A DNA stretch of 63,969 nucleotides, filler included, from Dimorphilus gyrociliatus (GCA_904063045.1; 4 parts of 4 records of this genome joined end to end with filler, not necessarily neighbours in it); one strand, 5' to 3'; shown: positions 22,383 to 34,817, numbered from the whole stretch's first letter. Notes: generated by a model from the sequence alone, not told the origin. Numbers and translations are program-made.

Positions 22383-23856
22383 CAGTCTGTAAAAAAAAAG
22401 TAAACAAGAAAAATTTATTAAAAAATTTATGAAAACAACAATTTTATATTTACACAATATTTTAAATGAATGAGCAATGATTATGATAGTAACAAGTATG
22501 ATTTTAAAAAATTCTATGATTAGCTTAAATACTTTTTACCTCAAAAAAACTTTTTGGACTGTAAAAAAAAGGTGAACAAGAAGAATTATTTATTAATATA
22601 TCCGCCTTTTGCTCTATATACCATAATAGCAGATTTTTTAAAGTTTAAAGCTAGTTTTATATATGTCTCTATTGATATTGAATTCCATTCTTTAGTTATA
22701 GCTTCTTTGGATCGGATTTTTTTTTCGAATATTTTTTGCCCTATTCTACGCTTTATAATAGCCCACAGATGTTCTATAGGGTTGCAGTCTAATAATTGAA
22801 CTGGCCAAGATTCTACTATAATATTATTTTCTGAAAAAAAAAACTTTGCAAGCTTGCTTGTATGTTTTGGGTCATTTTCTTGTACATAAATATACTCTTT
22901 AAGACTCATTTTTTCAGTATAATTAAGAAAAGAGTTGGATAGTATACTACAATAGTATTCGGCGTCCATTTTTGTATCTATAGATTTTAGTTCTCCAACA
23001 CCATGATATGAAAAACAGCCCCAAACCATCACAGAGCCATCTCCAAATTTTATAGTTTTCTTGATAATTTGAATATCAAGTCCAGAAGACTTTGTACGCC
23101 ATCCCTTTGGATTTCCATCATTGTTGGCAAGGTTAAATTTTGATTCATCGGAGAATATAATCGTTTTTAACGGGCTTTCTGGCATTTCAACCCACCTCTT
23201 ACTTGCATCATATCTAGCTTTAATATGCCTTGGTTGTAAGAGTGGCTTAGAACATGGTGTAAAGGCTTCTATGTCCATTTTATTTGGGGAATTCTTTACA
23301 GATGTATGTGAAATATTGGTCTTACATGCTATTTGTATTTTTCTGCTATCTTTATTGTTGATAAAAATCTGTTTTTATTATTAAGATTTAATAAATGATG
23401 TTTGATATCTTTGGATAACTTATATGGACGACCATTCTCTCTTAAATGTTCTATCGTATTGTTATTGGTATATTTTTTGATTATTTTGTGGACTGCTGAT
23501 AGAGCTAGCCCTGTTTTATCACTAATCTCTCTCTATTTCAAATTTTCTTTATAAAGCAATATGGTTTTCCATCTTGTTTCTTCATTGATTTTTCTAGTCG
23601 TAAAAGGCTGAATTAGATCGAATATATATCTTATTGGAGGAAAATTTCAAAGTTTTGATCCTGTTCATTTCTTTTTTACAGTCCAAAAGGTTTTCTTAAG
23701 ATAAAAAGTATTTAAGCTAGTCATAGAATTTTTTAACATCATACTTGTTAGTATCATGATCATTGCTCATTCTTTTAAGATATTATGTAAATATAAAATT
23801 GTTGTTTTCATAAGTTTTTTAATAAATTTTTCTTGTTCACTTTTTTTTACAGACTG
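22383..23856 (-). mobile_element. Tc1-family DNA transposon, 1474 bp, ~200-bp IR/DR-type TIRs, TA target duplication; transposase decayed
   Basis: TA|CAGTCTGTAAAAAAAAAGTAAACAAG at the left end and CTTGTTCACTTTTTTTTACAGACTG|TA at the right. Inner direct repeat GGACTGTAAAAAAAAGGTGAACAAG. ORF 22586..23278 has IIFSDESKF, VMVWGCFS, QENDPKH (D changed to E) and DCNPIEHLW; the N-terminal part is interrupted. Confidence 0.92.
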
Positions 23857-23894
23857 TATAAATACTATAGGAGAAATGTTTTAAACAAATTTAT

Positions 23895-24056
23895 NNNNNN
23901 NNNNNNNNNNNNNNNNNNNNNNNNNNNNNNNNNNNNNNNNNNNNNNNNNNNNNNNNNNNNNNNNNNNNNNNNNNNNNNNNNNNNNNNNNNNNNNNNNNNN
24001 NNNNNNNNNNNNNNNNNNNNNNNNNNNNNNNNNNNNNNNNNNNNNNNNNNNNNNNN
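23895..24056. other. Scaffold gap (162 N, no linker)
   Basis: Plain run of N, unlike the three linker spacers. Confidence 0.95.
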
Positions 24057-24389
24057 GAAAAAATATAAGTTTTTTGTATTTAAGTTAAGAAATTGTCAAG
24101 TCTCTTTTTTATAATGTAAGAAATCTGTATTTAAATCTTATATTTCATTTAGCGATATAAAAATAACATTAAATCAAAGGATTTAACTGGCTTATAAAAT
24201 ACGTAGAGTTTAAGCTATTTTTCATAAGTTCCAAAAAAGGTATTGTATTTTGATTGAAATATCTGATCTGTCAAATTTTAACAAAAATAAGATTCTTCTT
24301 TTGATTTAGTACTTAATTACAAAAACATTTAAAAAACGATTTCATTTTTGATTATAGAAAAGTTGACACATCCCATCCCTTAATATAAT

Positions 24390-25244
24390 ATGCTAACGTT
24401 TATTTCTTATATATCGGCTACATGGTTTCCCGAGCAAGACAATAGTATATTCATAATAAGAAATGAACTTGGACTTGAATTAGAATTTCATGGTGTTTCT
24501 CAGTTCTACAATAGTATAAATTCTATCGACATAAAAAAAAGTGAAGTTACTGAATTAGTGATAATGAACTCTGATGTAGAAGCTAGCTCTATAACCTTTA
24601 TTTCTAACTTTATAAATTTAAGGTTTATAGTATTCAGCAATTGTTTTTTTACTCTTGATGCTTTTAAAAATGTGGATAAACTTGAAGCTTTAGAAATGCT
24701 ATGCTTTGAGTGTTGTAATATAATTGAGGTGGGAGATATAGACTATTTAAAAAGTATACCAAATTTAAACAGTCTTTCTATTATTCGTACACCAATTGTT
24801 AGGTACAGCCTTAAAACAATAAACGAATTCAAAAAACTTGAGGAATTAAGGCTCGTCTCGGCCAGTGAATTATCAGTCATAGACTATGAATCTATATTTT
24901 TGTTAAAGAAACTAACTAAGTTAGAGCTGAGTAAAATTGAATTATCGAGTATAGGTCTGTCAATAATTCATAATTTGATTAACCTGGAAACGTTAATAAT
25001 TTCGGATCATTATTCTTTGAAAACAGAAGATTTTTTTTCGATCTTTAATATTCCTAATCTTAAAAATTTGTGCTTAGATAATTGTGCGGTAAGGGGGCAC
25101 CAATTAGAAGGAATTTATAGACTCAAAAACTTAGTTAGTTTAGAAATATCTGACTATATAACCTTATCTAAATCTTCTATTTTAACAGTCAAGTTAATGT
25201 TGCCTAGTTTGAAGTTTTTTACCATAAATGGTAAAATAGTATAA
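24390..25244 (+). CDS. Leucine-rich-repeat protein, paralogue 1 (284 aa, short hydrophobic N-terminus)
   Basis: Repeats LxxLxLxx (FINLRFIVFS, IPNLNSLSII, LKKLTKLELS, LINLETLIIS, IPNLKNLCLD, LKNLVSLEIS). catcccatccc precedes the ATG. Confidence 0.9.
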   Translation: MLTFISYISATWFPEQDNSIFIIRNELGLELEFHGVSQFYNSINSIDIKKSEVTELVIMNSDVEASSITFISNFINLRFIVFSNCFFTLDAFKNVDKLEALEMLCFECCNIIEVGDIDYLKSIPNLNSLSIIRTPIVRYSLKTINEFKKLEELRLVSASELSVIDYESIFLLKKLTKLELSKIELSSIGLSIIHNLINLETLIISDHYSLKTEDFFSIFNIPNLKNLCLDNCAVRGHQLEGIYRLKNLVSLEISDYITLSKSSILTVKLMLPSLKFFTINGKIV

Positions 25245-25714
25245 TTCTCTTTAATAAAGGTTTATTTAATACAAAATAAGATAAATACTTTTTATATAGC
25301 AATATTATTACAAATTTTTTGTAGTGCTAGCAAAAACAACTCTACTATTCCTCCTTTAAACACTGTTTGGGTACTATTAATATTAATTAATATAGCAAAA
25401 CATAGTTTATTGTACTCAAACACTTCAACCGCAATATTTGATAAAATTTTACATCAAAATAAAAGAGGCACTTTCAGATGATAAAAATTTTAACTCTCTT
25501 TTTAGGTATTAGAATAAAACTTAAACATAATAATTTATTGTTGAACATTTATTCGTGGGGAATGGATATTGGAAAGATTGTAGTTTTAGAAAGTATTCAT
25601 GTAATTAATATTGTTTGTATTTAGCGCGTTTAAAGCTTTAAGACGTTAATTTTATACAATTTAAAAATATGATATTTTCCACGAAGCCGGAAAAGTGAGG
25701 TTTAAAGAGTATAT

Positions 25715-26195
25715 TTTTATTTATACAATGCCCAAAAACATACAAGCAAGCTTGCAACCTTTTTTTCCAGAAAATAATATTAAAGTAGAACCTTGGCCGG
25801 CTCTCCTATAAGACATCTGTTATCTATTATAAAGTGTAGAATAGGGTAGAAGACATTCAAAAAAAATCCGATCTAAGAGAAGCTATAACTAAGAATGGAA
25901 TTCAATACCAATAGAAACATGTAGAAATTAGCGTTATATTTTTAAAAACCTGCATTAATGGTATATAGACTGAAATGCGGGTATATTAATAGATAATTTT
26001 TCTTGTTCACTTTTTTTTACAGTACAAAAGGTTTTCTTGAGATAAAATGCATTTAAGATAACCATAAAAATTTTTAAAATAATAATTGTTAGTATATCGA
26101 TCATCGTTCAGTTTTCTAAGATATTATGTAAATATAAAATTATCGTTTTCCTAAGTTTATCAAAAAAAATTCTTGTTTACTTTTTTTACAGACTG
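25715..26195 (+). mobile_element. 5'-truncated, decayed copy of the same Tc1 family (transposase 3' end plus right TIR, then TA)
   Basis: Similar to the reverse complement of 22383-22880 (aaaacatacaagcaagcttgcaa; gaagctataactaagaatggaattcaata). Ends cttgtttactttttttacagactg|TA. Confidence 0.85.
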
Positions 26196-26771
26196 TATAA
26201 AATTTTTTTCAAAAACCTAAAAAAACCCATTTAAAAAAATTGAACCGCTTAGTACGCTTTGTGTACGAAAATTATTTAAGCTATATTTTTACCATCCAAT
26301 AAAAATCACTATTTGGTAATTTTTTATATTTTGTTTAATTAAACAAATTTCATATAAAACAAGTAGAAGACCACACTTCTATTTTAACTTATATTTCTAT
26401 TATTAAACCTAAATAACAATAGTATAAAATATGGAATATTAATATAGAATATTCTTATAGAAAGAAAATTAAGCTATCAAATCTCTTTTATATAATGTAG
26501 GATATATTAAATTAAAAGTTTATTTTCATTTAGCGATATAAAAATAACATTAAATCAAAGGATTTAACTGGCTTATAAAATACGTAGAGTTTAAGCTATT
26601 TTTCATAAGTTCCAAAAAAGATATTGTATTTTGATTGAAATATCCGATCTGTCAAGTTTTAACAAAAATAAAGATTCTTTTCTGGATTACGTTCATAATT
26701 ACGAAAACATTTAAAAAACAATCTCACTTTTGATTATAGAAAAGTTGACACATCCCATCCCTTAATATAAT

Positions 26772-27626
26772 ATGCTAATGTTTATTTCTTATATATCGGC
26801 TAAGTGCTTTTCTGAGGCAGATGGTAGTATATTCATAATAAGGAATGAATTAGGACTTGACTTAGAATTTCATGGTGCTTCACATTTCTACAATAGTATA
26901 AATTCTATTGACATAGAAGCTAGTGAAATTACTGAATTAATGATAATGAGCTCTGACTTAGAATTCAGTTCTATAACCTATATTTCTAACTTTGTAAATT
27001 TGAAATTTTTAACATTTAACGGTTGTTTTTTTACTCTTGACGCTTTTAAAAATGTTGATAAATTTGAAACCTTAGAAGTATTAAGATTTGAATATTGTGA
27101 TATAATTGAGGAGGGAGATATAGACTATTTAAAAAATATATCAAATTTAAACAGTCTTTCTATTATTCAAACACCAATTGTTAAATACAGTCTTATTAAA
27201 ATAAAAGAATTTGAAAAACTTAAAGAGTTAAGGATTGTTTCGGTTGGGGAATTATCAGTCATCGATTTTGAATCTATATTTTCATTAAAGAATCTAACTA
27301 AGCTGGAGCTGAGTAAAATTGAATTATCGAATGCAAGTCTGTCAAAAATTCATAATTTGTGTAACTTGGAATCGTTAATTATTTCTGATCCTATTTCTTT
27401 TAAAACAGATGGTTTTTTTCGAATCTTTAATATTCCTAATCTTAAAAATTTACGCTTAGATAATTGTGGGCTAATGGCACACCATTTAGAGGGAATTTAT
27501 AGACTCAAAAATTTAGTTAGTTTAGAAATATCTGGCTATATATCCCTTTCTAAATATTCTATTTTAACAATCAAGTTATTGTCACCCGGCTTAAAGTCTT
27601 TTATCTTAAATGGTAAAATAGTATAA
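26772..27626 (+). CDS. Leucine-rich-repeat protein, paralogue 2 (284 aa)
   Basis: Colinear with paralogue 1, same length, with shared upstream and downstream flanks. Confidence 0.9.
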   Translation: MLMFISYISAKCFSEADGSIFIIRNELGLDLEFHGASHFYNSINSIDIEASEITELMIMSSDLEFSSITYISNFVNLKFLTFNGCFFTLDAFKNVDKFETLEVLRFEYCDIIEEGDIDYLKNISNLNSLSIIQTPIVKYSLIKIKEFEKLKELRIVSVGELSVIDFESIFSLKNLTKLELSKIELSNASLSKIHNLCNLESLIISDPISFKTDGFFRIFNIPNLKNLRLDNCGLMAHHLEGIYRLKNLVSLEISGYISLSKYSILTIKLLSPGLKSFILNGKIV

Positions 27627-27773
27627 TTCTCTTAAATAAAGGTTTATTTGACTCAAAATAAGATAAATACTTTTTATATAGCAATATTATTACAAATTTT
27701 ATGTAGTGTTAGCAAAAAAAGCTCTACTATTCCTCCTTTAAACACTTATTTGGGTACTATTATTATTAGTTAG

Positions 27774-29285
27774 TGTAGGATCGAATAAAGATTACACGGG
27801 TTTCATATTAAATTAACACAAAATTATTAGTTTTTGTTTATTTTAGTCAGTATTTTGCAACTTTGTAAGGGAAGAAAAACGATTTACACCAAATTAGTAT
27901 TAAAAAATTTAAAAACTAAAAATTAACATGAATATAGCAACAAGAGGAATATTAAATCATTTGTCTAATAAGAAGAATGTTTTTTTTTACAAAATACCCT
28001 TTCCTTATATCTAGATCATCTAATATCAGTCTATAAATCGAGAAACCATTATAATTGAATTTCTCAAACTAGAATTATATCCTGAAGAATATAATCGATT
28101 CCAATGTTAAGTTATTTTATAAAATAGAACATTTAACTAAAGAGTACATTTGTAATTTAAGACGGAAACGAAAAATAATGTAATCAAAAACACCATTTCC
28201 AGGTTATATATTAGAAAAATGAAGAATGAAATAGAAAAAATTTATTTTAATATCAAAGAAAGAGAATTAAAAAACTATATACAACATTTCGGGGAGAGAA
28301 CGGTTACAATTCAAAGTAGTACAGAGGTTATTTCTATTCTAGTATACTCGACTCGTGAAGGTCCTCATATTGACATATTAGATATGTCAAGATATCCAAT
28401 TTCGAATTCTGGATGTAATATATTCTCAATTCAATAGATTGTTGTTCCAAATTTTGTTTTTAGTTTTAAATTGATGAATAAACGATAGAGAAAATAAAAA
28501 ATATACTAGATAGTATTTTTAAAGCCGAAGGCCCATGATCAGTTCTCTATTCTGATAATGATAGAGTGTTTGTTAATGAAAACGTTACAAACCTTTGTAG
28601 AAGCTATAATATACATCATATGAGAGAGTTGGCACGACATCCTCAATCTTAGGGTGTGGTAAAGAGATTTAAAAGACCTCTTAAGCTACGCTTAAGTAAA
28701 TGTTTACTAGAAACAACAAGATGGGTTTAGGTATATTATGATATTGTATATCAACATAATAATAGTATACATGATCTACTTCTACCTCCCCTTTATAATA
28801 TTTTGCGGAGTAAATCCCTGCAATACAAGTGGTAACTATAATAATATAGTGGAAACTGCTAGAAACAACTATTTAAACTACATTTACCAATATAAAAATG
28901 AATATAACAGAAGAACAAGAATAAATGAAACTTAAACATGGGAGGGAAATGTTTAATAGTAAAAGACTTTGGTTCGAATTTTCATACGAGACATCATTCT
29001 CTTGTTTCATTTCATCATGATCACATTTACATTATACATGATATTTCATCTAATATTGTTACAATCAAAGACAACCAATATCGATTAAAGTTAGCCCATG
29101 AAACAATGATAAAATTGGTTTTTGAGAAATAAAGATTTTTTTGTTAATTTGGCAATTTTTTTATATTAATTTGGAGTGGGATCGTTATTCAACCTTTGCA
29201 AAGTTCCAAAATGAGGGTAAAGTAATTAGAAAAAAAAATTGTACTAATTTAATATGAGTTTTGTGTGATCGTTATTCGACCCATC
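27774..29285 (+). mobile_element. Decayed integrase-type (Ginger/TDD-like) DNA transposon relic with degenerate TIRs
   Basis: Across frames and stops: REGPHIDILDMSRY..NSG, IDCCSKF, ILDSIFKAEGP*SVLYSDNDRVFVNENV..LC, RHPQS*GVVKRFKRPLKLRLSKCL..W..IVYQHNNSIH (an rve core). The left end TGTAGGATCGAATAAAGATTACAC..TCATATTAAATTA resembles the reverse complement of 29240-29284. No RT nearby. Confidence 0.7.
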
Positions 29286-29769
29286 GATTATTTTACATCG
29301 ATAAAAAAGGCCCTGATAGAAGAGTTTTAATTTTTTTTATATTTTGTTTAATTAAACAAATTTCATATAAAACAACTAGAAGACCACACTTCTATTTTAA
29401 CTTATATTTCTATTATTAAACCTAAAGAACAATAGTATAAAATATGGAATATTCTTATAGAAAGAAAATTAAGCTATCAAATCTCTTTTATATAATGTAG
29501 GATATATTAAATTAAAAGTTTATATTTCATTAACTGATATAAAAATAACTTTAAACCAAAAGATTAACTGGCTTATAAAATACGTAGAGTTTAAGCTATT
29601 TTATATAAGTTTTTAAAAAGGTTCATATCTGATTGAAATATCCGATCTGTCAAGTTTTAACAAAAATAAAGATCCTTTTCTGGATTACGTACATAATTAC
29701 AAAAACATTTAAAAAACGATCTCATTTTTGATTATAGAAAAGTTGACACATCCCATCCCTTAAAATAAA

Positions 29770-30624
29770 ATGCTAATGTTTATTTCTTATATATCGGCTA
29801 CCTGGTTTCCTGAATCAGACAATAGTAGGTTCATTATAAAAAATGAATCAGGACTTGACTTAGAATTTTATGGTGCTTCACATTTCTACAATAGTATGAA
29901 TTCTCTAGAGATAAAAATCTGTGAGATCACCGAATTATTTATAATGGACTCCCAAATAGATTCGAGTTCGATAAATTTCATTTTTAATTTTACAAACCTA
30001 AAGTGTTTAGCATTTGATGATTGTTTTTTTGCCCTTGGCGCCTTTGAGAATGTAGACAAACTTGATACTTTAGAAGTATTAAGAATTGAACATTGTGAAT
30101 TAATTGAGGCAGAAGACATAGATTGTATAAAAAATATATCAAATTTATACAGTCTTTCTCTTATTGAAACATCAATTAGTAGATACAGTCTTAAAGGAAT
30201 AAACAAATTCGAAAAACTTAAGGAGTTAAGGCTTGTTTCTATCAATGAGCTATCAGTTATCGATTATGAATCTATTTTTTCATTAAAGAATCTAACTAGA
30301 TTGGAGTTAAGTAAAATCGAGTCATCTCGTGTAAGTTTGTTAAGAATCTATAATTTGTATAACTTGGAAACTCTTGTACTTTCAAATTACAATCCATTAA
30401 ACATAAACGATTATTGTTCTATTTTTAGCATTCCTAACTTGAAAAGCTTGCGTTTAGATAACTGTGGTTTAAGATGGTACTATTTAAAAAGTATAGGTGG
30501 ATTAAAAAAGTTAGTTAGCTTAGAAATATCTGATACTATGAACTTTTCTAAATCTAAAATCTTGAAGATCAAATCAAAATCACCTACTTTAATATCCTTT
30601 ATCATAAATGGTAAAATAGTATAA
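29770..30624 (+). CDS. Leucine-rich-repeat protein, paralogue 3 (284 aa)
   Basis: Colinear with paralogues 1 and 2; shares the upstream block ~29330-29769 with 26320-26771. Confidence 0.9.
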   Translation: MLMFISYISATWFPESDNSRFIIKNESGLDLEFYGASHFYNSMNSLEIKICEITELFIMDSQIDSSSINFIFNFTNLKCLAFDDCFFALGAFENVDKLDTLEVLRIEHCELIEAEDIDCIKNISNLYSLSLIETSISRYSLKGINKFEKLKELRLVSINELSVIDYESIFSLKNLTRLELSKIESSRVSLLRIYNLYNLETLVLSNYNPLNINDYCSIFSIPNLKSLRLDNCGLRWYYLKSIGGLKKLVSLEISDTMNFSKSKILKIKSKSPTLISFIINGKIV

Positions 30625-30963
30625 TCTCTTTATTAAAGGTTTATTTAGTATATATTAATATAAATAATAGTTTTCTATGACAATATCAATAATATTTTTA
30701 AAAGATAAAACAATGTGTTATTTCATTTATTATTATTTAAGCGAATATGACAATCTAAAATTAGTATATCAAAAATTAGCCTTTTTATTTCTATAACAAA
30801 ATAGAATTAACTATGTTCAAAGAGATTACATTGTACTAAATAGTGTGTTATTTCCCCTCTAGTTATATTTTTAGGGTAAATAACAATATTTTAGGTAATT
30901 CATACACAAAAGCAATATTATAATGAAAGCTGCTTTTATAAAAACGTTTATATACCTAATATT

Positions 30964-31939
30964 GGTAAAAAGTCGTATTGAGGTACTTAAAAAAATGTGA
31001 ACCCCCTTACACGGTTAGTGATATATATCGTAGAGAAGAACTCTTTGAGCTGTCAAGGAATAACTTATTGTTTTTTAATTTTCTAGTAAGAAAGGGGATT
31101 TTATTATCTGAACAAAAATGTGGAAAGTATAATAAGTCAATGATTTTAATACAAAAAGATGATTTAGAGATGTGTTTTTGGTGGTGTAAGTGTCTAAAAA
31201 AGAGTTATATTAGAAGGAAATCTTTATTTTTTGGTATAAAACTGTCTTTAGTAAAAATTGTAAAAATAATTTATGAAATAACAAAAAATTATAAATCAAA
31301 AAACATATGTGATGAAATACGAGTGAATAAAGCAGGAGTTTTAACTGTAAAACGCTTATTATGGTCTATATTGAAGGAGCAACCACATTTCCGTACAGGT
31401 GGTGTTGAAAAAGAAGTGGAAATTGATGAAAGTTGTCTCTCAAAACGCAAATACCATAAGGGTAGAATAATAAAAAATATCTGGGCTGTTGGAGGTGTTT
31501 GTAAGACCACAAAAAGCACTTTTTTTACTATAATAAAGACAAGAACTGCTGATAAACTAAAAAAGAAGATTTATCGTAACATAAAAAGTAAAACGACAAT
31601 AATAACTGATATGGGGAAAGGCTATAATTGCATCCAGTCACTTAATATGAAACATTTTAAAATAAACTATAAAAATATTTTGTAGTTCTAAAAAATCGTA
31701 AAATTAATACACAGTTAGTAAAAAGCAAATGGAAACATCTGAAAGATTTTCTTAAAAGCAGAGGTTCTAATATTTAAAAAAGGACCTTAGAAATTATATT
31801 ATGGAATATAGTTATATTCATCAACAAAAACGGTCATTTTCCGAAGTATTGGAATTATTTAGATTAAAATAATGTTTTATATATTTTTTTAATATCTTTT
31901 TTCCACATTTTTTTAGGTGCCTCAATAGGACCTTTTACC
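30964..31939 (+). mobile_element. Merlin (IS1595/ISXO2-like) transposon copy A, 976 bp, inactivated
   Basis: TIRs GGTAAAAAGTCGTATTGAGGTAC... and ...GTGCCTCAATAGGACCTTTTACC. Transposase VEIDESCLSKRKYHKGR..WAVGGV..TIITD..KGY..H..IN. The start codon is ACG at 31011 where copy B has ATG; frameshift near 31675. Confidence 0.92.
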
Positions 31940-33956
31940 AATTTTGACAATTATAGAGCGATTCTAAATATTTATTTTATTTAACACTTCTAGCTGATTC
32001 ACTCCTAGTTTCTCCCAATAATATAATATAAGATTCTTTAATATGATAAATAGAACTGATTTTGTGGTTGTCCTATAAATATTAACTGCCTAATTTATAT
32101 ATAAATTTTTACAATAGATATTTGCTTGGTATACACTTTGAATATATTGTTAATACTGGTCCTTTCTAGTTGCAAAGCATAAATAAGAATAATTTTTTAT
32201 GTGAGAGATCTTCACAGGCCCAAAACTTTGCTTAATAAAGCTGCTCTTGTTGTGTTTATTTCGTTAAATTTATATGTACGATCCAATTCTTCTATACTAT
32301 TATCTACAACTTTCTGAAGTTTGTTAAAATTCAATTTTTCTGCTAGAAAAAGTAAACCTTTGTTATAATTACATAATAGTATTGTTTCTATATTAGTGAG
32401 CTCTATAACTTGGCAGAGTTATATTCATCAGACTAGAGTCAAAACATTTACAGAAAGCCGTATAGTTTATGATATAGATTAAAAATCTTGGGAAAAAGTT
32501 ATTTTTAAAGGACAGTTTTTCTAGGGGATGTTTTAGTTACCAAAAGACAACCTACACATCTTATCAATAACAANTATAACCATGTTTAGTATATTAAAAC
32601 TATTTTTAGCAACTTAATTTTGTATTTTCGTTTTCAAAATTTACTAAAAAAAGCAAATCGATCCTTTTTTTTGAACCTCTTTTGGTATCTTTAAAGCAAC
32701 AAAAAAACTCATTAAATAGTAAAATCTTCGGATAAAGATCATCATAAGGATGCTATATGAAGTTAAATTGCTTAATTCAATATCAATTATATCTAAATGT
32801 ATATATTCAAAAATTGGTACCAAAAACAAGTATAATTATAATAGAAACGATTTATAAAATAATTGCAAGCTTTTGTTTGATTTTCTGTGATATGAAAATA
32901 AAATTTATCAAAACAATTCTAAACGAAAACCTTCTTCTTTCCGGTTCAAATTTAATAAAAATTTTAGAAGAAAAAAATATTACTAATACCAATACAGCTG
33001 GATATCTAAAAAGCCAAAATACTTTACTAAGATTTAGCAAATAGATATTTTATATCGCTTTTTTAGTAATTCAATTAACTATAACGAGCCTAAAATTGGC
33101 CCATTAAACTAAATACTAATAAAAAATTCTATTTACTGAAAGTTTTCCTTATCATTTTTACCCCTAATAACACCTTTATTATCATACAAAGTAGCAATTC
33201 ATGATTGTTTATTAACTAAATTGCGAAACTCTATATGCGAAAATTAGTATTTTTAATCAATAATATAAAAACACTACATTTATCTGTATAAAAGTGAAAA
33301 AGCTATATTATATATACATAGCAGCAGGATGTCATATTATAGTTTGAACGTAATTTCTTTTCCTTGTTATAATTTACCAAGATTACAGAATAAGCATAAA
33401 AGTGCCACTAAATATATCATTTAAACAGAAAGGGTATAAATTTTACCATAGTACTCTTAGAGTACCAATTTACATACCAAGGAAACACTTCGAGCTATTA
33501 TAAGTTTAATTTAAAGTAATAAAAATTGACAAACCTAAACTTTTTCAATTAAAGAATTTTATTTAGATTAAAATGAAATAATATCTAAAACAGATATTAC
33601 TTTCTATTCAATTTAGATGTTACTTTTTTGTTCTGTTTTAATAAAAAATAGTAAAATATACAAGAATATCTGTAAATAAGGGGGTATTAATGCTAAAATC
33701 TTACAAAAAGAGCTATTTAATAATAAATTTGGATTCCTATAAAATCAAATTATATCTAAAATTACTAGTTTTCTGATTTAATTGTTTTATATTCTAGATT
33801 GTAAAATTAGAATATTTATAAATATTGTTTATCAGGATTCATTTTCCAAGTTATTAAATTTTTAATATTTAACGCTAAAGAGTCGTACTATATTTACCAA
33901 TTGATTATTTTGATTACTTACGTCAAATCTTAAAATTAGATCTTTTTGATTAACCC

Positions 33957-34817
33957 ATGTTTACAACTTTACTAAACTTTATTATACAAACATATTCTGC
34001 TAAGTCAAGCTCTCCAAGTGTTGAGGATAATTTTGCCTCTAAATATAATAAGGAAGTAAATTTATACTACATACAATGTTTTAGGGATAAAGTTATAAGT
34101 GTTATTCAAAAAAGACCAAAAACTGTGGTAATTATTGACCAAGCAATTTTATTCGCAAATAATAAAAGTTCAGATAATGAAGTGTTAATAAACTCAGTAA
34201 AGCCTGTTTTAGATGGTTTAATTTCAAAAAACATTAGAGTTATTATTGTTACCAAAGAATCACCATATGATATACAAGATTATTTTCCTGATAGCAAATA
34301 TGAAATATCTGCAAATAACGGAAATTATTTTCGAAGAGCAGGCAAATGGACAAGAAAAGATGAAGATACTTCGAAGTGGATGGAAGAGTTTCATGAATAC
34401 TTTGATTCATACGCAAATTTATCAGACTTTATGAGATATAGAAAAGAAAAAAATTCTTTAAAGCTTTTTCATGGAGATATTTCTAGTTCTGATATAAACA
34501 AGAGATATATTAAACATTTTGTCTCCTTGCTCGAACTCTCTATAGTAAATCGACCATTGACTATAGTTAAACATCAAGACTTTGTCGAACTCAAGGATAA
34601 AGATTTGAGTAAAACAGGTATATTGGCCGAACTCGAAAAACGTAGTTTAGATTTATGGATAGGTGATAACATTAGTGATCTTGCTAAGTATAAAAAAAAC
34701 AAAGATATTATCAGTATTAGGATAGATTCACCATCTGATGAACTTTTAAAACGTTGGTGGATCGAAGATTTGGCTGATTTACTTGACTTTCTTAAGTATG
34801 TTACTAAAAAATTATAA
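33957..34817 (+). CDS. Trehalose-6-phosphate phosphatase-like HAD protein, divergent, with a signal-peptide-like N-terminus
   Basis: Motif I VVIIDQAIL (DxDGTL-like), motif II IIVTKES, SANNGNYFRRAGKW (aEhG..r..g.W), VELKDKDLSKTG and WIGDNISD (GDxxxD). N-terminus MFTTLLNFIIQTYSA; aacccATG start context. Confidence 0.7.
   Translation: MFTTLLNFIIQTYSAKSSSPSVEDNFASKYNKEVNLYYIQCFRDKVISVIQKRPKTVVIIDQAILFANNKSSDNEVLINSVKPVLDGLISKNIRVIIVTKESPYDIQDYFPDSKYEISANNGNYFRRAGKWTRKDEDTSKWMEEFHEYFDSYANLSDFMRYRKEKNSLKLFHGDISSSDINKRYIKHFVSLLELSIVNRPLTIVKHQDFVELKDKDLSKTGILAELEKRSLDLWIGDNISDLAKYKKNKDIISIRIDSPSDELLKRWWIEDLADLLDFLKYVTKKL

Noticed and set aside
30978-31010. ORF-track start of the Merlin transposase (MRYLKK...)
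   Set aside because: It lies inside the TIR. Copy B shows the real start at the ATG equivalent to 31011.
32000-33050. Broken minus-strand frames as a gene
   Set aside because: Multiple stops and no recognisable motif; cannot be supported beyond a possible relic.
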